A stretch of DNA of 63,830 nucleotides, the filler included. It is 7 parts of 7 records of this genome, joined end to end, with 100 filler letters (N's around TTAATTAATTAA, not from the genome) between each part and the next. Parts side by side here need not be neighbours in the genome. Positions count along the whole stretch, not along the records: positions 1 to 9,859 come from SRR31147125_11559; 6 more parts are not named here. One strand, given 5' to 3'. The notes under the pieces are model-generated. The model did no database searches and was not told where the DNA came from. It worked only from the letters and a program-made list of their open reading frames with translations. Made by a program: the position numbers and the translations under genes. The first letter of the stretch is position 1. Each line of letters starts with the position of its first letter. This document shows positions 1-9,959 of this stretch, piece after piece.

Positions 1-732
1 GTTTAAGGTGTATCCCTTAAAGTGATCTCCTGAGTTTGGAAAATCATTTTCCAATACGACTACAGATCCTTCAGCATATACATCACTAGCGTTTGGTATA
101 GTGCCCGAATTGGCTGTAGTAGCATCATTAAAGTATACTTCTGATACAGTGATTGTAAAATTTGCAGACTCTGTAGTATCACCATTGCTCGATCCTTCTT
201 TGTAATAAACATCTATTAAATCACCATCATTTGTTGCAGAAGATAATACAATATCGTTTTCTTCAATTGACCAAATACCAGGAAATTGTAACAAACCATT
301 CAGCCAAACATCTGCCTCCGTTGGAGTATTGTCCAGAGTAAATCGTGTTTGTCCTTGGATTGCAATAAATGATTGTGTATAAGAGCTTGGTTCAATAGGT
401 ATATCTTGTGCAGTTTCTACGGCATAGTATGTCAATTTCCCTCCTGAGTTTTTTAACTCAATGTGAAATCCATCAATAGATTTACGAAAATTATAAATGG
501 CTTTTTGAATCTGAATGGTATCACCCGATGGGAGTATTTCTTCATGCCAAGCCCTTACATACAAAAAGTATTCTGCGCTTGAAAAAGAATAATTATCCCA
601 GGAATAATCAACTACAACTTGATCAGAAGCCAGATCAATTGTTCCTGTAAAGGATATCACCCCAGTTCCAGATTCCTGGGCAGTAACAAGAAAAGGAAAT
701 ATCAACCAAATAAAAGCACACACGTACTTCAT
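1..732 (-). CDS. Secreted hypothetical protein, 3'-truncated at the window edge (absent from the ORF track)
   Basis: ATG at 732; the frame reads open to position 1. Starts with the signal-peptide-like MKYVCAFIWLIFPFLVTAQE, followed by beta-rich sequence. Confidence 0.75.
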   Translation of the reverse strand, partial: MKYVCAFIWLIFPFLVTAQESGTGVISFTGTIDLASDQVVVDYSWDNYSFSSAEYFLYVRAWHEEILPSGDTIQIQKAIYNFRKSIDGFHIELKNSGGKLTYYAVETAQDIPIEPSSYTQSFIAIQGQTRFTLDNTPTEADVWLNGLLQFPGIWSIEENDIVLSSATNDGDLIDVYYKEGSSNGDTTESANFTITVSEVYFNDATTANSGTIPNASDVYAEGSVVVLENDFPNSGDHFKGYTLN

Positions 733-1297
733 ATATAATTATTTATATTAATATATTTAAATCTACTCTGAATTTATTATTATTTACACCTATCAGTTCT
801 TTGTCAAAATATCTTTAGGGTGTTATTACTCAATCAAATGAAAATATGAATCTATCCGATTTAAACCATTGACTACCAACACAAACAAGTTGTTATCTTA
901 TTTCATTAGAATCATAAACATATAACATGCAATCAAATCTTGTTATTAATTTTAGATATATGTCAGCTTTCTGGGGTGACAAATGATAAATTATTTATGA
1001 TTACAATACTACAGTTAAAAAAGTAGCATCAGGAAAATACATGTATGCTGAAAAACATAATCACAATTTACAAATGGTAGTAGGTATTAAAAATACTAAT
1101 GATATTAACATATACATTAGTATTCTGGTTATTGTTTAAAGAGATATTTTAAATTGGATTAGATTTAAATAGTGTGTAAGTATTGACTTTTACTAAACTT
1201 ATTTTTATAAAATTTATACTAACTGAACAATAACAAGGATTTAAGAAATATTTATGAAAAATAATTCAATATCTACAATACTAGAAACTTGTTTGTA

Positions 1298-2317
1298 TCA
1301 ATAACTCCCCACCAAATCCTTCAACGCATCAATCCACAATGGATGATCATTTAAACTTTCGACCAGCTGAAGCTTTTCACCGCCGTTTTCTTTAAATAGT
1401 TCTTCATATTCAATGCCAATTTCAACATTTGTCTCAAGGCAATCAGCAACAAATGAAGGAGCAACAACTAGCAGTTTTTTAATGCCTGATTTTGCTTTTT
1501 CAACAACCATTTCGTCGGCAAATGGGTTCAGCCAATTTTTGGTAAGTCGTGATTGAAAAGCGACAGAATAATCTTTTTCAGAAAGCCCAACCGCTTTTGC
1601 CAATAGGCGTGTGGTTTCGTAACAAGTTGCTTTGTAACAATACTGTCCGTGAGCAGGCATAGATTTTTCACAGGTACATGAAACAGAATCTATTTCAGGA
1701 TGTGTTTTATCTATTTGTCTGTTTGGCAAGCCATGATAAGAAAAAATAATGTGATCGTACGACTTTGGATTATACGATTGGATTCGATCTGAAAATGCCT
1801 GAACAAACCTGGGATGATCGTAAAATTGACTCACCAATCGAAACTCAGGCACAACATACCAGTTGGCAATTTCTTTCGAAACATACTCTGCAATACTTCC
1901 AGTTGTAGAGGATGCATATTGTGGAAAAACCGGAATTAAAATCAGCTTTCCAAAGCGTTTCTCTTTAATTTCATTTAGCACATTCTTAATTGATGGTTTT
2001 CCATAGCGCATGCCAATAAATACTTCAAAGTCATCACCCAGTTCTTTTTGCAAAACTTTTCTGTTCTTTTCAGCATTTACAAGCAAAGGTGAGCCTTCAT
2101 CGGTCCATAGCTGCTGGTAAAGTTTGGTTGATTTTGGGGCACGGAAAGGAACAATAATCAGGTTCACCAAAATCTTCTGCAATAACCACGGTAGATCGAT
2201 TACGCGACGATCATTCAAAAATTGAGAGAGATACTTCCGAACTGCTCCAACTTTGGGCTTGTCTGGTGTACCGATATTTGCCAGAATTACTGCTGTTCTA
2301 TTTGTGTAATTGATCAT
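1298..2317 (-). CDS. hemH: Ferrochelatase
   Basis: Motifs NIGTP, PQYASSTTGS, FSYHGLP, FQSR and FVADCLET. Confidence 0.96.
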   Translation of the reverse strand: MINYTNRTAVILANIGTPDKPKVGAVRKYLSQFLNDRRVIDLPWLLQKILVNLIIVPFRAPKSTKLYQQLWTDEGSPLLVNAEKNRKVLQKELGDDFEVFIGMRYGKPSIKNVLNEIKEKRFGKLILIPVFPQYASSTTGSIAEYVSKEIANWYVVPEFRLVSQFYDHPRFVQAFSDRIQSYNPKSYDHIIFSYHGLPNRQIDKTHPEIDSVSCTCEKSMPAHGQYCYKATCYETTRLLAKAVGLSEKDYSVAFQSRLTKNWLNPFADEMVVEKAKSGIKKLLVVAPSFVADCLETNVEIGIEYEELFKENGGEKLQLVESLNDHPLWIDALKDLVGSY

Positions 2318-2345
2318 TTCTTGATTCTTGATTCTTGGTTCTAAT
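2318..2345. repeat. Degenerate heptamer tandem repeat (TTCTTGA-like, 4 units)
   Basis: ttcttga ttcttga ttcttgg ttctaat, directly upstream of the hemH start. Confidence 0.6.
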
Positions 2346-2423
2346 TATATTCTACTTCAATAAAAACAAAAGTACACCCTTCATTAAATTCTTTTTTACT
2401 TTTACCTTCCAACCCTTTACCTT

Positions 2424-3323
2424 TCACCCTTTGTTAATCCAATCAATGTTTTTCCTTAATAACTCAAGTGTTTTCCATTCGTTCGATTGTTCTTTAACTT
2501 GATGCCTGTATTCCCAGGATGCCAATGGAGGCATGCTCAAGAAAATTGACTCTGTTCTGCCGCCGGAATCCAAGCCAAATTTCGTTCCCCTATCATACAA
2601 CAAATTAAACTCGACATACCTCCCTCTTCTTAAATGTTGCCAGTCTTTTTCTTTTTCAGAATACTGCTTATCTCTATTTTTATTAAGGAGTTCAATATAA
2701 ATTATTGGATATGCTTCAGCCAATGCTTTTGTAAATGAAAATAGCTTTTCAAAATCATTTTCATTTTGCACAACCAGATGATCGAAGAAAATACCACCTA
2801 CTCCTCTAGTCTCATTCCGATGAGGCAGGTAAAAATATTCATCAGCCCATTTTTTAAATTTGGAATAATAAGTAGGTTCAAATTTTGAACACAGCTCTTT
2901 CAACTGCTTATGAAACCAGGCTGCTTCTTCTATATTTACATAGTGAGGAGTTAAGTCTATTCCTCCTCCAAACCATGCTAATCCAGAATCAAGCTGAAAG
3001 TAGCGAACATTCATGTGCGTAATGGGAACATGAGGGTTTTCAGGATGAATAATTGAAGAGATACCCGTTGCAAAAAATGATTGGCCTGTCTCAATTTTTA
3101 AAGACTTGCGCATATTCTCACTAACAGATCCACTCACTTCAGAAAAATTGACCGCTGCTTTTTCAATAGCATTGCCATTGGTAAAAACCATGGTTTTGCC
3201 TTTTCCTAATTCCGACTGCCAGGAGTCGGTAACAAAACTAGCTCCACCGTCAGCTTCTTGAAGCAAAAAACAAATTTGCTTTTGAATTTCCCTGAAATTA
3301 TCTGCTACCTCCTTATCCTGCAT
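2424..3323 (-). CDS. hemF: Oxygen-dependent coproporphyrinogen III oxidase
   Basis: Motifs WFGGGIDLTP, RGVGGIFFD and RRGRYVEFNLLYDRGTKFGL. Confidence 0.97.
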   Translation of the reverse strand: MQDKEVADNFREIQKQICFLLQEADGGASFVTDSWQSELGKGKTMVFTNGNAIEKAAVNFSEVSGSVSENMRKSLKIETGQSFFATGISSIIHPENPHVPITHMNVRYFQLDSGLAWFGGGIDLTPHYVNIEEAAWFHKQLKELCSKFEPTYYSKFKKWADEYFYLPHRNETRGVGGIFFDHLVVQNENDFEKLFSFTKALAEAYPIIYIELLNKNRDKQYSEKEKDWQHLRRGRYVEFNLLYDRGTKFGLDSGGRTESIFLSMPPLASWEYRHQVKEQSNEWKTLELLRKNIDWINKG

Positions 3324-3328
3324 ACTGC

Positions 3329-4678
3329 CTAATTTATACTATCGGCTATTTGTCTAGCTTGCTTTATACGATCTGCCATTCCTATTCCATTCCTTACATT
3401 CCCTGCAATGATTAATCCGGGGAAATCTTTTTCAATTTTTGAAATTGCAGCCAACTTATCCTCAGACTCAATTCCATATTGCGGAATGGCATGCTGATAC
3501 CGATTGATTTCAAACAAATCAGGAGCCCACTTTGTTAAGCCCATCATTGTTTTTATTTCAGTCTCAACAAGATTCCTAATTTCAGTATCCGATAAATCAG
3601 CAAGTTCTGGTTTTCTAATTCCTCCAACAAAAGTTGACAATAATGCACCACCTTCTGGTGCTCGTTTATTAAAACAGGATGACATAAACAAAACACCCAA
3701 TACATCTCTGTTTTCAATAAAAGGGACTAAGCCTCCAAATGCCTTAAGCTTAACACCTTCCCACTTATTGAAACCAATTGCAATTTGTGCAACCCGAGCA
3801 TATTCCATTGCTCCGATTTTTTGGATCAATTCTTCTGAAATAAAAGGGAAGGTATGCGCAAACTGATGCCCACCAATCGTAGATATTATTTGATCAAAAA
3901 GTACGGATTCTCCATTGGCATGTAGAATCTTATATTTCGATTCCTCTTGTAGAACCTGAATTCCATGAATATTTAAATTGATGTTTTCGTCTCCAATTTC
4001 ATTCACTAAGGCATCAACCAATCGTTGAAGTCCACCCTTAAAAGAAAAAATTTCACGCGTTGCTTTCTTGTCTCTATCAGTTTTTGGCTCTTTGTGTTTC
4101 TTTATTGCACCACCAATAAAGCTGCCATACTTTTGCTCCAGATTATACAATTTGGGCAAGGCAAATCGTGGAATTAACTTAGCTGGATCACCAGAATAAA
4201 TCCCTAATACAAAGGGATCAACGGCGTAGTTTAAAAAACTTCTTCCCATTCGCCGTAAAACTAAATTAGAAAGCGTTTCATTCGGATTATCACCCGGTTT
4301 TCTGAAAGGTTCGCCCAACAATCGTATTTTATCAGAGAACCTAAAAAGTGGCGTGGTAATCCCTCCAACTAGTCCAGATGGCAATGCATGCCATTTATTC
4401 CCTTTCCATATCCACCTGAACTTTGCATCAGAATCAGCGTTTTCCAATTGCACTGCACTTCCTAAATCTTCAACCAACTCCATTGCCTCTGGATTACCAA
4501 GAACTCCAGAATTTGGTCCTTTCTCAAATAGGAAACCATCTTTTGCGACCGATTCAATTACTCCTCCAGCCCTATCTGATTTTTCGAAAATAGTTACATC
4601 AATGCCTTTCTTTTTAAAGTAGTAAGCAGTTGTAAGTCCGGTTAAGCCTGCTCCTATTATGGCCGTTTTTTTACTCAT
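3329..4678 (-). CDS. hemG: Protoporphyrinogen oxidase (HemY/HemG FAD-dependent type)
   Basis: FAD motif GAGLTGL, plus EKGPNS, FSFKGGLQ and AIPQY; lies within a hem operon. Confidence 0.93.
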   Translation of the reverse strand: MSKKTAIIGAGLTGLTTAYYFKKKGIDVTIFEKSDRAGGVIESVAKDGFLFEKGPNSGVLGNPEAMELVEDLGSAVQLENADSDAKFRWIWKGNKWHALPSGLVGGITTPLFRFSDKIRLLGEPFRKPGDNPNETLSNLVLRRMGRSFLNYAVDPFVLGIYSGDPAKLIPRFALPKLYNLEQKYGSFIGGAIKKHKEPKTDRDKKATREIFSFKGGLQRLVDALVNEIGDENINLNIHGIQVLQEESKYKILHANGESVLFDQIISTIGGHQFAHTFPFISEELIQKIGAMEYARVAQIAIGFNKWEGVKLKAFGGLVPFIENRDVLGVLFMSSCFNKRAPEGGALLSTFVGGIRKPELADLSDTEIRNLVETEIKTMMGLTKWAPDLFEINRYQHAIPQYGIESEDKLAAISKIEKDFPGLIIAGNVRNGIGMADRIKQARQIADSIN

Positions 4679-6041
4679 TTAAACTGATTGTGAAAATTTC
4701 TTTGTTCCATCGTTCACCCTCACATCAAAAACAGAAGCCATATTTCGCAAGAAAAAACGCCCTGTTTGAGTAATGTTTATTTCGTTCTCAGAATAACTTA
4801 ATAAATCGTCACTAACAAAACCATCAAGCTTATCTTCGGAAAACTTTAGCAAGCTCTTAATCTCATTTACAGAAATATCAAACTGATTTTCTGCATGCTC
4901 CCAGCTTAGGTATTGATTACACATGATTTCGTTAATAATGTATCGAATTATCTTGTCAGTACTTGTTAGTTTATAGCCTTTAACAATCTGAATAGTACCT
5001 TCATTTATACTTTCAATATATTGCATTTTGAGCGTACACACTCTCCAACTGACTGATTCCCGTAACCCCAAAGGCATAAACCTGACCTGTAGTTTCACGT
5101 GTACAATATCCTTGAAAGTTTCGATGCAAACTTCTCTGTTCAAGAGCTAAACTCATATCATCTGAAGGTTTTGCATAATGATCTAAGCCAATCGGAACAT
5201 ACCCCGAGACTGTCATTTTTGCCCAGGCCTGCTCAAACATTTTCACTTTTTCATCTGGCTTGGGCAAACCATATTTCTCTAGTGTTTTCTGGGCTTTTTT
5301 TACCCATGGCACATGAGCATAAGAAAAAGTCACCAAACGGTCAGCGTCAATCTCAATCGCCTGATCGATTGTTTTTGCAAATGATTCAGGCGTTTGAAAT
5401 GGCAAGCCATAAATGAAATCCAGATTAACCGACATTCCCTTATGTGATTTAATCATCTTTGAAAGTTCAGCAATTGGAATAGAAGGAATTTCGCGGTGTA
5501 CAGCATTCAAAACCTTCTCCTGAAAATCCTGCACTCCCATGCTAATCCGGTTAAATCCGAACGAAACCAACTCCTCAATATATTTTTCATCTAAATGGGC
5601 AGGGTTACATTCTATTGCAATTTCTGGCTTATTGATAAACGTAAACTCTTTCTTAACCAACTGCATGATCTCACCTATAAGCTCAGATGGAATTGCATTT
5701 GGAGTTCCACCACCCCAATGGATCTGTGACACTTTACGGTTCTTATCCAGCAAAGGGCTAATCATCAAAATCTCCTTTTTCAATGCATCAACATAGCTAC
5801 GCATCAAATCCTGGTTCTTTGAGATGTGTGTATTACACCCACAGTACAAACATAACTGAGGACAAAAAGGGATATGGATATAAATTGAAATATTTTCAGG
5901 TTGCTTATTATTAGATTTAACAACAGCTTTTAAATAATCATCCGTGCTAAAATCTTCAGTGAAAAAATTAGCTGGAGGATAACTTGTGTACCGTGGAACC
6001 GGAATATTATATTTACTAATTAACGACAGTGGAATTTTCAC
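4679..6041 (-). pseudogene. hemN: Oxygen-independent coproporphyrinogen III oxidase, split near 5015-5030 (true lesion or sequence error)
   Basis: Upstream frame has PRYTSYPP, radical-SAM CPQLCLYCGC, WGGGTP and HRNFQGY. The C-terminal domain (QYIESINEG...GRFFLRNMASVFD) continues in another frame. Confidence 0.9.
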
Positions 6042-6050
6042 ATCTTCAAT

Positions 6051-7289
6051 TTATGAATTACTATTTTCAATACTTGGATCTCCTGCATTATATTTTTCTT
6101 TCCTGAAAATAACAGGTAATAACAACAAAACCAATACACAAAGAATCATTTCTATCCCAAACAAACCACGATAAGCTATTTGATCTGCCAGTTTTCCGCT
6201 AAACACAGCAATAAAAAGACTACTTAAATGCGTAAGAACAATTTGGATTGTGAAATCTGTTCCTTCTCTGCCCTTCCGCACAACTGACATGGAAATGGTA
6301 TAAATAAATACCGAAGACATAGCGTAAGCAGCCCAAAGCAAACAAATAGCGATATAAACCAGATAAAGCGGATGATTGGTATAAGTGAGCATAAAGAAAA
6401 AAGAAGCTGCCAAAAAGTTGACTGATGCAAAAAAGTACACCGACTTTCCAAATCCAATTTTACGAATAAGAAAACCCGCAGGTATTGCCATTATTGCACC
6501 ACAAGCAGTCCCCCAAATACCTGAAATAAATCCAATTTGCTTAATGTCGTAACCCAGATCAACCAAATAAGGCTTCACCATGGTTAAAACACCAATAATG
6601 CCTGAATAAAAAAGAACCAGAATTAATATATGCCTCACTGTTGATGCTTCGCGAAAGAAAAGTACAAACTCGTAAAAAGTAACTTTCTTGCTGTTTGTTT
6701 TGACTTCTTCATTTATAGGTTTGATTTTATAGAAAGTAACAGGTATTAGTGCTAACAAAACAAATCCTGCCAATCCAAAAAGCAAATAAGTCCAACCAAA
6801 AGTTCCGTAAATAATTAGCAAAACTCCACTACCAAATAAGGTTCCTAAAAAGCTACCTGCAGACTGCATACTGTTTCCCAAGCTTCGCTCTTTTTTACGA
6901 AGTGATAAAATGGCAAATGCATCTGTTGCGATATCTTGGGTTGCCGATGCTGTGAACGCAATCACCATCAAAGCAATAATAGTTGAAAAATCAGTTTTCA
7001 GGTTGAAAAAACCTATGCTTAAGATGATCATTGCATACATCAACTCAGATAGCAATATCCACTTACGATATTGTTTTGGAGTTTTGCAGTTACGATCAAC
7101 AATGGGTGCCCATAAAAATTTAGCGATCCATGGAAGTTTAATCAACTGTAGATAACCGATTGACTCCAACGAGTAGTTCTCCATACGCATAATGACTGGC
7201 ACTACCGTAGAAAAGAAACTCATTGGAATAGACTGCGCCAAATAAAGGCTTAGCAGTGTAAAATATTTATCAAATTCCTTCTTAAACAT
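6051..7289 (-). CDS. MFS transporter, AmpG/RhtX/FptX-like
   Basis: LYLAQSIP, LPWIAKFLWAPIVD and ASATQDIATDA motifs; many hydrophobic segments. Confidence 0.88.
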   Translation of the reverse strand: MFKKEFDKYFTLLSLYLAQSIPMSFFSTVVPVIMRMENYSLESIGYLQLIKLPWIAKFLWAPIVDRNCKTPKQYRKWILLSELMYAMIILSIGFFNLKTDFSTIIALMVIAFTASATQDIATDAFAILSLRKKERSLGNSMQSAGSFLGTLFGSGVLLIIYGTFGWTYLLFGLAGFVLLALIPVTFYKIKPINEEVKTNSKKVTFYEFVLFFREASTVRHILILVLFYSGIIGVLTMVKPYLVDLGYDIKQIGFISGIWGTACGAIMAIPAGFLIRKIGFGKSVYFFASVNFLAASFFFMLTYTNHPLYLVYIAICLLWAAYAMSSVFIYTISMSVVRKGREGTDFTIQIVLTHLSSLFIAVFSGKLADQIAYRGLFGIEMILCVLVLLLLPVIFRKEKYNAGDPSIENSNS

Positions 7290-7298
7290 TCAATATAT

Positions 7299-9398
7299 CT
7301 AAAATCTAATTTTTGCAGTAACACCTGCCCTGGCTGGTTTTCCTCTTTGAGCATAGGAATTCCCAAGGGCAGTAAAGTAAAATGAATTATAATCAGCATC
7401 AAACAGATTTTTCGTCCAAATGCTTAATGAAATATTCTTTTTCTGAAATGAAATTCGACCACTTACCAAAGCATAATAATCTTGCCAAGCATTGTTAGAC
7501 TCATGCCAGTATGTTTTACCAAACCCCTGGTATTGAACCTGAACAGTCATTTTATCAATTAGCTTCTTATTTAAGTCGATACGTTGTTTCACCCCAATAT
7601 TCAGAGTATAACGAGGAGCATAGGGCAGATAATTCCCTGCATAGTCAGTAGAATCGTTCCGCATATATTCAACAAATTTCGCTTTGTTAAACCCAAACAT
7701 TCCCCAAGCTTCAAACTTCATGTCAGGACTGTAGCGCATCTCCAATTCAACCCCCATACTTTCAGATTTACCTGCATTTTTAAGCATTGATCCTCGTCCG
7801 CTTGGTGCCGGTTGATAAACTTGTTGGTCACGCCAATCCATATAATAAACCCCAATTCCTGCTTTAATGTTATTTTTTGGACAGCGGAATTTCCATCCAA
7901 ATTCATAATTATAACTTTCTTCAGGCTCGTAAGAGCGATCTTCATCTCGTTCAAAAGTTGAATTAAATCCGCCCGCATTATATCCTTTAGAGAAAGTTGC
8001 GTAATGACTGATATTCTCATTGATATTATACTTCACTGACAATTTTGGAAGAAATACCATATTATCCATATCTAAATCGGCATCACCCACATGACTTTCA
8101 TTCCCTATAACCGTTTTGTCATGTTGATAGTCTAAGGTTGCCTTTTCATAATCGGCTCTTAATCCTGCAATAATGTTTACTTTTCCCAAGTTTAAAACTG
8201 ATTGATGGTAAAAAGCCACACCCGATGTAGTATTGTCATATGTTTTAATATAGTTGTATGAACCAGGCAAACGATATCTTGCTATTCCATCTTCGCCATA
8301 CTCAACGAATACTTCTTTATCGAGAGATTGTCTGAAAGCAAATCCACCAAACAACCATTCGTAAATATTTCCCTTTTCCGAACTCACAGTCAGCTCCTGG
8401 GCAAACATATTCTGTTTTTGATCCTGATTCACCATAAATAAACTTGCAGGTGTAAAATCCTGATCAATCTTTTGCATATCATCCAGTAACTGATAGCTGG
8501 TTGCCGAGCTTATATAAACCGAACCAAAATCGGCATTCATTGAAAGTCCTGCAGAAAATAGTTCACGCTCATAGCCACTAGCAAAATCATAACTCACATC
8601 ACCTGAGCTTTGAGAAACAATATCATACAAAGCATAAGGATAACCATTCTGATCACTGTTTTCATACTGAAGCGTTATACGTGCATTAAATGAAGAACAT
8701 ACATCGTAATTCAATTTTAAACGACCTGAATAGCTATCGAGTTTATCAGCAGATTGATTTAAATACTGATTGGTAAAATACCCATCGTTATGTACTTGTC
8801 CAAAATTCACAATCACACCTAGCTTTTCACTTATTGGTTGATTATGTGAAATCTGGGTTTGAAGCTGGTTAAAACTCCCATAATTAACTTGTACACTTGT
8901 AGACCTTTCCGGCTTTGGCTGTTGTGTTGTTATATTAATTAAGCCAGCCAAGGTATTTCTACCATAAAGAGTTCCTTGTGGTCCACGTAACACATCAATA
9001 CTTTCAATATCCTGAAAATTGAAATTGAACGCAGCCTTTTCAAAATATGGGATATTGTCCACATAAAGACCAACCGATGGCGAATTAATGCGAGTCCCTA
9101 CTCCACGTATATAAACAGGTGAAGTAAGTTTTGAGCCATAATCTGGCATAAAAAAGTTGGGAACAAAACCCGACAAATCAGTCAGGTTCTCAATTTTATT
9201 CTCAACAATAATATATGCCGACAATTTTGTAGCAGCTGCTGGCAACTGAAATACATCGCTATTGTATTTGGTTGAACTAATTGTTACTTCACCGATATCC
9301 ATCGATTTATACACCGTTGTATCGGCAGATTCTTCAACTGCGAAAAGTGTTTGGGCGAAAACAATTATACATGCAGTTAGTAATATTTTATTATACAT
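7299..9398 (-). CDS. TonB-dependent receptor
   Basis: Signal peptide from ATG 9398; plug motifs YIRGVG and IDVLRGPQGTLYGRN; C-terminal KNLFD...AKIRF. Confidence 0.95.
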   Translation of the reverse strand: MYNKILLTACIIVFAQTLFAVEESADTTVYKSMDIGEVTISSTKYNSDVFQLPAAATKLSAYIIVENKIENLTDLSGFVPNFFMPDYGSKLTSPVYIRGVGTRINSPSVGLYVDNIPYFEKAAFNFNFQDIESIDVLRGPQGTLYGRNTLAGLINITTQQPKPERSTSVQVNYGSFNQLQTQISHNQPISEKLGVIVNFGQVHNDGYFTNQYLNQSADKLDSYSGRLKLNYDVCSSFNARITLQYENSDQNGYPYALYDIVSQSSGDVSYDFASGYERELFSAGLSMNADFGSVYISSATSYQLLDDMQKIDQDFTPASLFMVNQDQKQNMFAQELTVSSEKGNIYEWLFGGFAFRQSLDKEVFVEYGEDGIARYRLPGSYNYIKTYDNTTSGVAFYHQSVLNLGKVNIIAGLRADYEKATLDYQHDKTVIGNESHVGDADLDMDNMVFLPKLSVKYNINENISHYATFSKGYNAGGFNSTFERDEDRSYEPEESYNYEFGWKFRCPKNNIKAGIGVYYMDWRDQQVYQPAPSGRGSMLKNAGKSESMGVELEMRYSPDMKFEAWGMFGFNKAKFVEYMRNDSTDYAGNYLPYAPRYTLNIGVKQRIDLNKKLIDKMTVQVQYQGFGKTYWHESNNAWQDYYALVSGRISFQKKNISLSIWTKNLFDADYNSFYFTALGNSYAQRGKPARAGVTAKIRF

Positions 9399-9476
9399 CT
9401 GATTTTTTTTAGTCCAGAAAATCACTTAAAAACATCTTTCTGAAAAGACAAAAGGTTAGTAAATATGAAAAAAAAA

Positions 9477-9827
9477 TTAAACACAAAATGGTGGCGGACG
9501 ATTAACAATTTTTCCAATTTTCTCATGGAAACGGGCAATTACCAGTCGATCTCCCGGTCCTAGAGTTATTTGATTTTGTATAAAATGAAAATTAAAATCG
9601 GATTGTATTTGTATATTTTCATCCTGATTCGATTCTTCATAAGAATAAGAATCCTTAGCAAATTGAATTTTATCATCAACGAAAATTTCTTTCTTCCCAA
9701 AAAGAAATTCTTCAATAAGCTCCTTCTTTTCAACCGACTTAAATGAGAACAAAAAGTAAGTCAAATAAAAAAGAAAAAACAAGATATGGAATATGTGTGC
9801 TAAAAATTCCGAAAGAAAACATATCAA
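9477..9827 (-). CDS. Small membrane-anchored ORF ending in RPPP, possible leader/arrest peptide; start uncertain
   Basis: Hydrophobic N-terminus and C-terminal IVNRPPPFCV*. An alternative-frame ATG at 9822 gives MFSFGIFSTHIPYLV before poly-T runs. Confidence 0.55.
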   Translation of the reverse strand: MICFLSEFLAHIFHILFFLFYLTYFLFSFKSVEKKELIEEFLFGKKEIFVDDKIQFAKDSYSYEESNQDENIQIQSDFNFHFIQNQITLGPGDRLVIARFHEKIGKIVNRPPPFCV

Positions 9828-9859
9828 TTTTTCAGATTCAAATTCAAAATTAAAAAAAA

Positions 9860-9959
9860 NNNNNNNNNNNNNNNNNNNNNNNNNNNNNNNNNNNNNNNNN
9901 NNNTTAATTAATTAANNNNNNNNNNNNNNNNNNNNNNNNNNNNNNNNNNNNNNNNNNNN
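9860..9959. other. Artificial contig linker
   Basis: N-run + TTAATTAATTAA + N-run, 100 nt. Confidence 0.99.
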
